Of a stretch of 64,000 bases of DNA, positions 37,262 to 50,200 are shown piece by piece (position 1 is the stretch's first letter; every line of letters starts with the position of its first letter). Position numbers and translations under genes: made by a program. The stretch is from contig OZ076413.1 in NCBI GenBank assembly GCA_964187785.1, positions 44,518,001-44,582,000 on the forward strand. Direction: 5' to 3'. The stretch is from Amphiscolops sp. MND2022 (lineage: Eukaryota). The notes beneath the pieces were generated by a model that made no database searches, was not told the DNA's origin, and worked only from the letters and a program-made list of their open reading frames with translations.

Positions 37262-40200
37262 ATGAAAAACAACAACTTCCGCAGTCTTTGGAATTCGATC
37301 ACAAAGACATTAAGTCGTTCGAACACCCATCGGCACTCACATCTTTCAAAGAGGGGTAGGGAAGCTGCCTCACTACACGCCAAAACACCGAAAACACCAG
37401 AACCCGTGGCGTGCGAGACAAACCTCAGTGCAATATCAGACCTAACCTCAGACCCCAGGGAGGAAGATTGGCCAACTGATGACAGTTTTATTATGGAACC
37501 CGATTTTTCAGACCCTATGTCAGACAACGCATCAGAAGAATACCAGACCAAACAGGTCACCAGGACGGCAGACGATATCAGGGGATCAGCCGACGAAACA
37601 AGAAGTCAGGCGCACACGTCCAAATGGTTGCAAGAACTGACCAAAGTAGCTGTCACACCTTTCGGTACTGACGAAGCAGGAACATGGCCCAACTCCAACA
37701 GAACAAATGCTGAGGAAGAAGCTGAAATGAGTTGCTTGAATGGTACTGGACAATTCAAGGCTCCCAGCATGGCAAGCGAGAGCACTGCGAACACGGCAGA
37801 GATATTGCAACAAATGTCTTATGTCGGGGGTATGAATTATGCCAGAGCGCGCTTGCAAGAAGCCACTGCACCCCGGCCATCGGGAAAAAGTAGACAAATA
37901 CGGCCTCCAGCTCTACTAGCACAGACTGGCACTACAGGACCTCATGGCGACTCGCGCTCGTTCTCACCTTCATCAAAAGCTGTGTCTGGTAGATCTTCAG
38001 CATACCGAGCTGTACATGAAGCAGCAAAGGCGCGTAAAGCCCTGCTGGAAGCCCAAGCTGGTGTGAAGCAAGCTGCTTCCCAACTATCTGAGCGCAAGGC
38101 GAGGTGCGATAGAGAGCATCAGGCAATTGTGGAGGAGATTGAAGCTGTGCAATCTGAGTTAAGGACTTCCACTGAGCGACAAATGCAAGGACAGGAAGTA
38201 CAAGCTGCTCGCATGGACGCCATGGGTTATCGAATGGCTGAAATGAAGGATATGATGGCCCAAAGAGAGGTACGTATGGAAGCCCAAATTCAGGAGGTGT
38301 GCTCGCAAATACAGGCGATGGGCACTGCGCTAAAAAATGTCCAGCCTCAATCAACTCTACCAAACAACACCATCAAAGAACTATTGCAGGAGACTGACAT
38401 GTCCCTACCAAAGCCTGTGAAGAGTGTTTCACTCAAACCAAAAGAGAGTATAATCACCACGACGAAACCCTCAGGTTCCAAACAACCTATGGCGAGATAC
38501 GCACCCCTACCTCAACCCCTTGTTTCGAGTGGAGAAGCTGTATCAACGTCCACGAAGCTTATCCTTCCAGCACAAACGGAGTTTATCCCGCCAATAACGA
38601 AGTCTCACGAAAAGGAACCAACGTATGAAGCAATAACCCTTGAAACTTCGAGCATGGGTATCACAGGTCTACGAGAACCCACGTGCATCAACGAATTGAC
38701 CAACACCACGAGTACCTTCCAAACAGCAAACGCGACTTTGGGAGAGTCAAATGCAGAATTCCAAACTGCGGACACTGGATTGCCCCCGGGCAATCCGTGC
38801 GCAAGCAGCACCCGACGCAGAGAAGTGATCATCTCGGAGAACACCGATGATTCAATTAACTCTACACGAGGTAGCAGTGTTCCACCACCGGCAACAACTG
38901 AAGAAGCACCAATATCACCGGAACAACTCAGATTCACTGAAGCGATATCAAAGGCAATGTCCAAAGAACTGGCGCCATTAATTGCTAATCGTGATCAGAC
39001 GAGAGTCCGTCCCACAGTGTATAAAGGTACAAAAGACGGAACCGTTGACGGGTGGCTTCCACTGATGAAACGCTTCCTGGAAAGGGTACATGCAAAATCA
39101 TCAAACGTCGACAAGGCATGGGCAATAATTGATCACCTAGAAGGAGAAGCAAGAAACTACATTATCAATAAGTCAGAACCTGAACGAGATACACCAGACA
39201 AGGTGTTCGCCCTCCTAGCTAGCAGATTCGGGACAGGTGGCAACCGTATGCACGTCCGGCAGACCTTTATGTCTCGCGTTCAACAGGAGAAGGAGGATTG
39301 GATGCAGTTTTTGTACGCATTAGAAGGCCTGCGCACCCAAGGTTTTCCAGATGAGCCTATCACTACCCGTCGTTACGAAATCCTGCAACGCTTCATAGAT
39401 GGTGTGAACGACCCTACACTGCGACAAGAATTGGCTGTGGTGTACGCGGCGGAGACGTATCTGACTGAACGGCCCACTGTGGAGTCCTTGAGATTCACCA
39501 CGCGGCAATTGCAGCGACACCGTCCAACAACGTCAAAGCCCTATGATCCTAGATATGCGATGAGATCAAGGCCTCACCCTTTTGTGCCAGGAAAAGTGGT
39601 TCATCCAGCACCAGGTCTGCCACAAAATGTGCTCCCTCCAAATCAAGGACAACAACACGAGGCAAAACCCCAAATGGCCCCACCAGCTCCAGCGTCGGTA
39701 CAACAAGCTGCACCGCCCCAACAACCAGCGAGGATAGTTCCCCAAGGAGCATGCTTCAATTGTGGATTACCCGGTCACTTCGCGCGGGAATGCCCAAATA
39801 AGGATCAGGCAAGGAAACCCATTGCTCGCGCTGCGCCAAACGAACGAGTAAATCTTTGCGAAAGTAATGTGGCCTCGGCATGTTCCGGTCCTATGTTCTG
39901 TGTCAATTGTGGTATGACTGAACACTCAGCATCACAATGCCAAAACGTTCCAATACATGAAGATTTGGCCTACAGCCTCTGGGCTGCACAGCCATCAACC
40001 CCTCAGACAGTGAGCGATAGTGAAATGGTTCTCACGTTACGCCCAGCTGAAGCCGTTCATGTGGCAACCTCTCTTACCGTTACGTGCGGTAAAATTCAAA
40101 TCCAGACGAGTCCAGAGCCAACTACTTTCGACCCTTCTGGACGCACGATAATGTCCGCCAGATTGCTACTGGCTATTGAGAGGGAAACACGCCCAGAACT

Positions 40201-40897
40201 CACCATCGACGCTTTGATCGAAGAGATGACTACCAATGAAAATTATCAGCAATTGACTCTACCTCAGCCCGAAGAGTGGCAAGTCAAGGGAGTCACTTCA
40301 ACCTATCATGCCTATTCTCCTGTTCCAGTTAAAGTTTGCATTGATGGCGTCGACATGCGTTTTGGAGCGACTGTAATAACTGATGCGTTTCCTCCTGGAA
40401 TTTGCTTGGGACCTCGAGAGCTACGCTGCTACCATATTGATGCTCAAGAACCATCTGGTGAAGCGAGAATCGATGAGCGTGCGTCGCTCGTAGTTTCATT
40501 CATGGTCCCTGATGATGTACCCATACCACTGCGCGGATTGATAGACACGGGATCGGGGGTATCTATCCTCACGTTCTCCGCCTATAACCGTGTCGCCGAG
40601 CGCACTGGTACACTTCTGCGACCCTACAATATTGATTTGTACGCGGCGAATGGAAAGACGATCAAAACTTTTGGTCTAGCAGAGAAAGTCAAATTCCAGC
40701 TGGGAGGTTACGAGTTGGAAACTAACTTCGTAGTGGTTGACGATGCTATGGGAGTGGAAGACTTTCTTCTAGGCAGGAACTTCCTCCGAGCCTATCAGGT
40801 CTTGGTAGACCTCACTGCAATGAAAGTCATTGTCCGAGCCCCCTCGGAACCAGTATGGTATCACGCCCATGCGCAGGTAAGTGATGAATCCGCTTAG
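37262..40897 (+). pseudogene. gag: Gag (coiled coil, capsid-like region, two CCHC knuckles) plus aspartic protease; frameshift at the 3' end
   Basis: CFNCGLPGHFAREC, CVNCGMTEHSASQC, LIDTGSGVSIL...FLLGRNFL; frame changes near 40890 into pol. Confidence 0.9.
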
Positions 40898-43800
40898 CTA
40901 CGGCAGAGGACATAGTTTTGCAACCCTTTGAACGCGCCATACTGCGCGCTAAGTTACTTGCAAGTGATCTAGAACCTTTCATATTCCGTGCTGTCTTAAT
41001 CAATTTTCAAACACCTAATCGAATGTTGAAAAACGCCATATTTTTAGAAGACACTGTGGCAACCGTGGGGGAAACAGGCTTCCTTTACATCAGTTTAGGA
41101 AACCTTACTAGCAACGTCCAGCGGGTCAAAAAGGGAACCCTCTTGGGAACCGCAATACCCGTGACCATGGTCCATAGAGCCATCCCCCAAGTTGTCCCCG
41201 GACAAGCAACTGAAACTCAGCAGTCAAATGCAAGTTATGTTTGTAAAGTATATGAACAGATGAATCTTGATTCTTCTTCTGAATATAGCTCTTCATCTGA
41301 ATTTGAGTTTTTGTCTTCTACTGATCCCTCGGAGCTAGGTTTGTCAGAACGCGAAATAAAAAAACGCACCGATCCGGCACTAATGGCCCCAATACCGGGC
41401 CCGGAAGCGCAACTCGACGAAGTACGCAATTTATGGGGTCCGGCCGCCAGCGACACGCTCGATAAACTTTTAAAAGAGTTTGACGATTTGTTCATAAAGT
41501 ACAAGGCTGACATTGGTAAGTGTAAAGTTGCTAAGCACCCGGTGGAAGTAGAGCCAGGGGCTATACCCCACCGCGAAGGTGCACGACGAATGTCGCCTGA
41601 CAAAGCAGAACGGGCCAATCAAGAAGTTCGTGATTTGCTAGCTTTGGGAATGATACAACCTTCTCTATCCCCTTGGGCGAGTGGTATTGTCATGGTCAAA
41701 AAGAAGAGTGGTGAATTACGATTCTGTTGTGACTTTCGACCACTCAATGAAGTGACTATCAAGGATGCATATCCTCTACCACGAATTGACGAGAGTCTAT
41801 CTCGATTAGGGAAGGCAAAGATCTATACCAGCATCGACTTAGCATGGGCATTCTGGCAAATTCCTGTCCGAAAGGCTGATCGTCAAAAGACTGCCTTTGC
41901 TTGTGAACTTGGATTATTCGAATGGCGGCGCATGCCCTTTGGGATGTGCAATGCATCAGCGACATTTCAGCGGGCAATAGCGCGAGCGCTACAAAGAATA
42001 GTCAATCGTGAAGGAAGTATGGTGATGGCCTATATCGACGACATCGTGATAGCTACTGAAACCATCGAAGACCACATGGATAGGCTTCGCGAAGTATTCC
42101 AGTGTCTACGCGAGGCCGGTTTCAAGATGAGAGTATTCAAATAGGATTTCATGAAGTCAGAAATCAAATACTTGGGTCGAGTGGTATCTGCAGATGGTAT
42201 CCAACCAGATCCTAAGGCTGTCACGAAATTGAGAGATTGGGATATTCCGCGCACCAAAACCGAACTACAGAGCTTTCTGGGTTTTGCCAACTACTACCGC
42301 GATTTTATCCCCTGGCATGCTAAATTGGTTGCCCCTCTGCACGCGATGACGGGTACAGGCTCTTCCTTTTTGTGGGGGGAGGAGCAGCAACGAGCCTTCA
42401 ACGGCATCAAAGTGGCACTAATGGAAGCCACCGCTTTGGCACAACCCGACACCGAAGGCGAATTCGTGCTAGACACAGATACCAGCGGCGTAGCAATATC
42501 AGGTATTCTTCACCAATGGCAGGGACCACCCGAAAACCGCAAATTACGACCAATTGTGTTCGGAAGCAAAAAGTTGACTTCTACACAAGCCAAGTATGGA
42601 GCACCGAAACTGGAAATGTACGCTGCATACTACTTCATCTTGAAGAACCACAGCTATCTCTGTCCCCGAAAATTTACATTGAGAGTCGATAATCAAGCCC
42701 TCTTATGGCTGAAGACATATTCGATGGATCAGGCGATTATTGGTCGATGGATAGTGGCTCTAGAAAAATATCATTTCAGCATTGAGCATCGACCCCGAAC
42801 ACAACATCGAAATGCCGATGGCCTTAGTAAACGAACCAACGACTATAAAAAGCATGAGAAACAGCTACAAAATCTACCAGCAATTGCTAACAAATGGAAC
42901 TTCCTATCGCAAGAAGAATATGACAGACTCCCACTAGCCCCATGGTTTGATGTTCAAGGACGCGTGATACCGAATCACCCCGACCTGCCTACGCACTTGC
43001 AGAGATTGGCCACCCAACACTCACCTCAAACCACAACGATCGCTCCCACACGGAGAAGCGGACAAAGTAGACAAAGTGCGATCATGCGCGACAAAGCGAT
43101 GAAAGCGCCTATGCCTACACTGTCCAAACCCGAATTGGAGATGCCTGCAGATTTCTATCCCGAATATCCCGAGGATTGGCTAGAATTAACCGAAGAATAT
43201 CAACGGGACTACTTTCTTCCCACACATGCTGCCAATGTCCCATCAAGAACGACCTACCCGTTGACTGGGGAGGAAAAGCAAGCGACTGATACCGCGCCCG
43301 AATACGTGAAGCAGATGGCACTAGTAGTTGAAAGTGTATCGATGGAATTACATGAACACGCAAATACAGTTCATGGATTGAAGGATCTCCTTTTGGCACA
43401 GAACCGCGATGTCCACATCTTGGCCATCAAGAAATTGGTAATGAAAGAATCAATAGATGACGACATATTTCCCGAGAACGTGCGCACATTCGCCAAAAAT
43501 TATTACAAACAGAAGAACCTCCTGCTGATTAACGCCAACGGCGTGTTGTGTGTGAGATATCCCAAGAATCAGAGAGCACTGCATGAACGCCCATGTATGA
43601 TTGTGATGCCCCAATTATACCAGCATGAGATCTTGTTCAAGGCCCACGACGCGATGGGACATCAGGGTATCGCAAAGGTGCTGGCAAGGATACAAGAACG
43701 CCACACCTGGCCAGGAATACGCCGCACCATTGGGCAATACGTTAGCCAATGCATAACCTGTCAACAGGTACGCGATAAGCCTGGTGATGTACGATTTCAC

Positions 43801-45957
43801 TTGAAGAACATTCAGAGTGGCTACTTCAATGAGTTGGTTCAATATGATCACTTGAAAATTTGTCCCTCAGATGATGGCAACACTGGAATCCTGGTCATCA
43901 TTGATCACTTTTCCAAACTCGCGGAAGCAGTACCATGTAACCACGACGAGTACGATGCAGCAACCACCTCGAAGATATTGCTGCAAAAATGGTTTGCCCG
44001 ACATGGTACACCAACAAGGATGCAATCAGACAACGCTCCAAACTTTACCGCGGCAGTATCTACTGAGTTCATGAGAGCAGCACAGGTGACTAAGGTTACC
44101 TCAACCGCTGGTCACCCTAAAACTCAAGGACTGGTGGAACGACAAAATAGAACATTGCTTACCCTGTTGCGTGTGTTTTGCTCCCGACGAATGCGAGACT
44201 GGGACCAATACTTAGATGAAGTGATGGGTGCGTATAATTCTACACGTCATGCAACGACTGGGTTTTCCCCGTATATGTTGACGAGAGGCATGGAAAAAGC
44301 AATACCCCTGACCTTCCTGTACCCAGAATTCGCCACTCAGTCATTCGAATCGCACGAGGCATATGTGGAACATGTCTTGGCCCGACAGCAAGAGATCCAT
44401 GACTTAGTTCGTCGGAATACACATCAAGCCCAACAACGACAGAAATTGAAATACGACCGAGCTATTCGTGCTAAAGCTTATGAAGTGGGCGAACCTGTTT
44501 GGGTCTTCTGCCGATACATTCCTCAAAAGGGATCTCCCAAACTGATGAGAGCTTGGCGCGGTCCTCACAAAGTAGCACGAGTGTCACAGGAATGACGCGT
44601 CTACATACTCGACACTGGTCAAAAGGTACATTTTGAACGACTAAAACCGCATCACGGTGGTCCAACAGAGTGGGCCGCAATCCCTGCGCACAACGGTGAA
44701 GTCGCTATCAATATGGATCCAGACCCAGAGCAGTCTCATGAAGATATTCGAGATGATGCATCACAACCTTCCTATCGTACGGAAGAACCACTGTCGGAAG
44801 CCAGCAACGTCTCCTTGCCTTCCCGACAAAGACATTGGATGGATACTCGACTGCGTACTCGTACACGCGCTGGTGGCAGTCGACTACATTACCAACAGTT
44901 CGATCATTCCGAAACGGAATCTGAAGACGAACGCTCTGATGTACTTCTATCAAGCGCTCAGGTGAATCCCGACGAGAGTGTGATTCTGTCGTCACTTGTG
45001 GATGAACCCGTGCCTATCCTTGAAATGCCGATCTCGCCATTACCTGCTAAGGAGGCTCTGTTCTCAGAGAATGAAGCAATACCTGACGTCATTGAGAATA
45101 CCGAGAGTCCTCCTACTCAGGCATCTGCCCCTACTCAGATACCTACCAAGAATGCTAGCATTTCTTTAGCCGGTACATCTGCTCCACTGTTAACGAACCC
45201 AGCTCTCACGGATATGCTGAGTAATTTCCCCATTTGGCCATTGATTGACGATAGTGTTCCGAATTCACCCTTGGAGAATGATGGTAACGAATCGCTAATA
45301 TCCGATGGTCAAGAAGAGTTAACTCCCCCCATAGTTATTCCAACCAACAACACAACCATAGCAGTAAAGCTTCCTGGTGTTCCCAGAGGACATCAACACA
45401 GCAGACCACGAAGACATCCGCCCGGCAGAGCAAGGCTGCGAGCCTCGCTGCCGCGTGGCCATCAACAAAGAGGCGCTGTTAGGGGAGCTCGCAAGAGAGG
45501 ACGCCCCAGAGGCAGACCACCTCAAGCAACACGTACTGAACCCAATGCCTCCACCCGTGTTCATCATACCCCATCTGTGGATACTGATTCTTCTGCTCCT
45601 AGTGCAGCAGTCACCTCAGATCAAGCGCAAACGCAGGAGTTGCCTAATACTGGCTATGGCCTACGACGTAATCGTGCCCCCAGATACCGCTGTGGAACAT
45701 GTGGCCTACGAGATTGTAAATGCAATAATCTGGCCCACGCGGACTTCCCAATTAGACCCCGGGGAGTCTTACTGACACGTGAGAAGGAGACGCCACTCCC
45801 AAACGGCACAGTCGACCGTTTGACCATTCGAGCCGAGAAGACGTACACTGGGCTACAACGCAATGAAAACCCGTATTCTCTAGACTTTATCCTATCCAAG
45901 ATGAAAGGCTCGACGGTAGCGAAGGCCCCATGTCCGAGATTCAAGGAATGGACTTAG
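40898..45957 (+). pseudogene. pol: Pol: RT, RNase H, integrase and C-terminal extension; in-frame stops at 42142-42144 and 44593-44595
   Basis: LRFCCDFRPLN, MPFG, YIDD, LDTDTS, HHCC, IIDHFSK/QSDNAPNF/GLVERQNRTL, WRGPHKV; ORFs 40918, 42151 and 44713 share one frame. Confidence 0.93.
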
Positions 45958-47035
45958 CGGTCTTGAGTTCACACTGCCTGTTACTGTTCCTCCATTACCC
46001 GCTAATATTGCTTTCGGTCCCTTTAACTATGAACGAGAACCCATTCAGATGGTACGTTGCATTCCAGCTGACCTCTTGTATGATAGGTATAATGTCGTTG
46101 CAACGCCAGGGGATGTGTATCAACCAACAACTCATTGGTGGCTATTGGTCACCGCCCCTCGCGCTTCTGATTTGGTTGACCCTTTAACCCTGCACACTTG
46201 TCTCGAGAGTTTACGAACCATGGCCTCTCCTAACAAAATAACATGTTTCCACGTCATCGACTTGTATCGCGGCAAAGTCAAGTTTGAGTGGTGGTTGGAA
46301 CTTATCATCGCGATCTTATCGAGTTTCCCTCGAATCCGCTTTCTCGACGAGTGGACACATTCTTTTCCACGACCCACTTCACTCCAATCTGCCTTGCACG
46401 CGCTGGATACATGGTCCAGGGCGAACATCGATAATCAATCCTTGCCTCGCTCGGTGTGGCAAGACTTGGGAACGATTAAGGGCTGTCTACCGGCTTCCTG
46501 CGATGATGGCCTCTCCAATGATCCTGGACGAGAACTGGTATATCATGGAATCGTGCGACCTCAACTGGTCGACTACATACAGTATGCCAGCACGGATTTC
46601 CTACAAGCTTCCCATGTTGTTTTGTGTTGCCCCGCGAATCTGGAGACTAATTCTGCCGCCCTTCGCTACGTAATGCGTGAGCATGGAGCCGACACCATAT
46701 TTCGACTCCGACCGGAAGTTGGAAATGTATTGACGCTCCCTGTGTCTATGATTAACGACAAACCACAAACTATACATTTATTGATTACGCGCGCCACGCC
46801 CCGTTGCCCCATGATAGCTGATACTCTTTTCGTATGTCTGGAATATTTGAAAACGTTACTCGAACGCCTAGAAGCCACCGAGGTTCATTTTGCTATCATC
46901 GATCCCGAGCGCCCGATACGTAATCTCTTTGATTTTTATACCTGCTTAATGGACGCGTTCGCTGATACACCTTTGTCTGTGGTATTACATGATCGCATTT
47001 ACGTTTCCATCGCGAGCATCGCTAGCTTTCCGTGA
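45958..47035 (+). pseudogene. Tandem TARG1/OARD1(Poa1p)-like macrodomains, probably the C-terminus of the ancestral gag-pol
   Basis: Manual alignment to the TARG1 pattern; the frame is open upstream to a 1-nt offset at about 45955. Confidence 0.6.
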
Positions 47036-47240
47036 TTTTTTTGTTGTTTTCTCGTATTCTTAGTTAGTTAAGCTTAATGAGTTGACGAAGTATGAGTGTA
47101 TTTCTTGCTTTACCTTACTTATCCTTATGTCATTAGTTCCGCTACCTGATTACCTGTCTTTGGTACTGCCCCAATGTGATTTTATGTATTGCACTGCAAC
47201 TGATCAACACGCAGTCAACTTGCGCTCTTTCAGAGACTTG

Positions 47241-50200
47241 ATGAATCACGGAGACAAAGCTGACGAAGTACCCCCACGATGTTCCAATGAATCACCTGCA
47301 ATGGGACAGCGCATATATGACACTGCGCGTGTTCAGCGAACATCTCAGGTCGCTTTCATTCGCGACCGCCTTGACCAAGGTCTCTCATCCGCTACTGTGG
47401 CTGGAGTGGCAGCGATAATTGCACAGATGGAGTCCCAGACCCAAGCTCCAATGCTGACCATCTCAATCACGTCTGGTTTTCCTGGGTTTCAGCGGTCCAT
47501 GACCTTCCATGAAGGAGTGTGGTTTGGTCATGATTTGACTCATCACTTCACTGACGATCGTGCTGCGATTTCCTATAGTTTACCCAGTGGCGGCGTCCAC
47601 CAGACCCGTTCTTTGCAGATTCCATCTTGCCCTCCTCCACCACCACCGGTACCTGCATCTCAATCAGCCGCGCGTGCCGGAGAGCCCCCGGGCTCTTAGG
47701 CGCGCCCGCCTGCACCAGCGCCTCCTGATATGACGAATAGACCGTTGGCTGAACAGGCAGTTATCTCAGCCTTGCAAGCTGTCGCCATTGATCCACATTA
47801 TTCTGACTTTATGACGTCCATGGAGCGATGCTGGCCGGAGTTACGCCAAATAACCCTTCCCACAGTCACAATTCAGAACACGAGTACCCTCACTGCGCCA
47901 TCCGCACTGACTGTTCCACATGTGAACCCGCTGTCTGAACAACCGGGACATTCCCGCACAGTCACTATGGAACGCAGTCGCTCATCCTCACGCTCCTCAT
48001 CTTCTCACAAGGGGGGAGGAGAGCGTCGTCCTGCTTCCCGAAAAAGGAATGATCGTTCACCGACAAGGGCAAGCACAAGTGCAATACCGCCAATGGCTGT
48101 TCGCGACAGCCCGTCGAGTAAACCACCACCGGATAAGAGAGTCTCCAACGAAAAAACCACGCCAGCATCCATAGAAGTACCCATGACTGTCAACGCATCT
48201 GATCACACAAAAACAATGGTGTCGGAAGCACCCGTGCTTCCTTCGCCGCCACCGAGCCAATCCACTGAAGGACAAGGAATAATGCAACCACTGCCACCCT
48301 CACAACCGACATCGCGTGAATCGCTAGCACAAAGGGCGATTCCCAAACCATCGTCGTCAAAGCAGCAGCAAAGCAAACCCACAATCGGCTACCAAGGGAC
48401 ACCCCAGGCGCAGAGAACCGTTGAGGATGTGATGGATGATTATCCCGGCCTGAAGGTGACCAACAGCGGACCGACGGGTACGCCGCTCAGAAAGCAAGCG
48501 ATCCAACATCCAACGAAAAGAACGTTCACCAAACAGCCGACATACTTGAGCCCGATGCAAAACTCCAAGGGTAGTCTGGTAACGAAAGACGCCAGGCGTA
48601 TCTGGGAATCGGCAGTAATCATATCACCAGAGTGGTTGTTCGAAAAGAACATGTGTCCTCCCAGCGACGAACAACACGCGAGGCTGAAGAAAGACCACGT
48701 ATCGGTGTTCATGACTCGCCCAATCCGCATGGACCATACCCCCACGAACGAGCCGCAATGGTTGGGGAAGGCCACGAACATACTGCCCAACGTGGAGGAT
48801 AATTATCTGGATGCCCTTAACATAGACCTCCGTGGGCAATTCGAAGAAAGGTACTTCCTCCGCGCAGAAGAAACGTATGAAGTCAATCCCAGATATTCCC
48901 GTGACTTGGAGGCACAGCTTCCCATGCCAAAAGAAAGGTTGCAGCGTGCGCGCTACGCCTTACTTATCGACTCGACATTCTTGAAAAACATTCCAATAGA
49001 CAATGTGCTCTCAGACGTGATGGTTTTCACCCTGCCGCTATCCCGCATTCCCGAGCTGGCTGAAGTCCTGGTCACGATGTTCGACCCCGAGATGACAGGG
49101 ACGTACAAGGAACCACCCCCGCGCAGGGTTATCATCAGCAATGTTTTCGACCACCTGGCCTGCGAAGGTCTGATGACTCAGATCGTCAATGTGGAGATGC
49201 TGAATCCAACTCCTGCACAACGAGCAACAGTGCGTAATGCAGTAACCAATCTGGCGGGAGCTATGGAGAAGGCTAGAACATTCTGAAGAGGAAATTGAAG
49301 GTGCCGGTGATCTTTGTTACACCTCCTGGCTTCTGCAAATGGCATCCAGCCTTACAACGTTTCGTCTACCTTGTAACTGAGGTGTGTCAAAGCAGGGAAG
49401 TGGACTTCGCGATCTGTGCGCCAAATCTACGTGTCAGTAGCAGCGATTTGCGCCCCTCTTGGCTATCATATATGGGGTATATCGCTTCAGTGTCCAAAGT
49501 GCTGCAATCCGTCGAGAAAACTGGAAACGCACAACTGACTATCGATGACGCAGTTTACTTCGATCATGGTACCAGGATGGCTGTGTTAATGTTTAACGAA
49601 GAAGGAGAGAGACGCCTCCCAGAACCTACTAAAAGTGAGTGCGAAGCCATTCGTATGCATAACTGGATGGAGCGCGCGCGCTCCTCCGGTGGAAAAACCT
49701 CGATAAAGGATGACCTGGCGGAAGTCACTGCAGCGATGGGGAAAGTGCCCAACGAGAGAGAAATTGAAAGAGCGATCCCACGAGTTCAATTCGCCCAAGA
49801 CCTCACAATCGACCAGCTGTCTGCGGGCATGAGATACATCACCGCCAAACTAACGAGCGAGACCCAAGCGGAGATCCAGGCCCTTAGTGGCACCTACGAT
49901 GGGTGGTACCAGCAACTTCAGACTACCACCATTGCCAATATAGCAAAAGAGCTTGGAATGTCAACCGATCAATTTGCGATCTGTCTGGGGCTGGGCTGGA
50001 GTCCAGATGTAACTCGCGTAGAATTCGGAATCGAGGAGCAACAAATCATCGAGATTAGCCAGATCATTAGAGCCATGCAGCTGAACGAAGTTTCGGCCCT
50101 GATGCTGACCTTTGGTCAGAAGCGTTTCGTTGCGGGTCCAATGATGATTCTGACGGACTTAATAACAGAGTAACCTGGAATGGTTGTTTTCTTACCTGGT

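Noticed and set aside
40890..50175. Stops and frameshifts in the retroelement as programmed recoding, or as inconsistent with young LTRs
   Set aside because: They fall inside conserved domains (RT, IN tail) with no slippery or readthrough context; about 7 lesions in 14 kb is compatible with the small LTR divergence, so ordinary decay or sequencing error is more likely.
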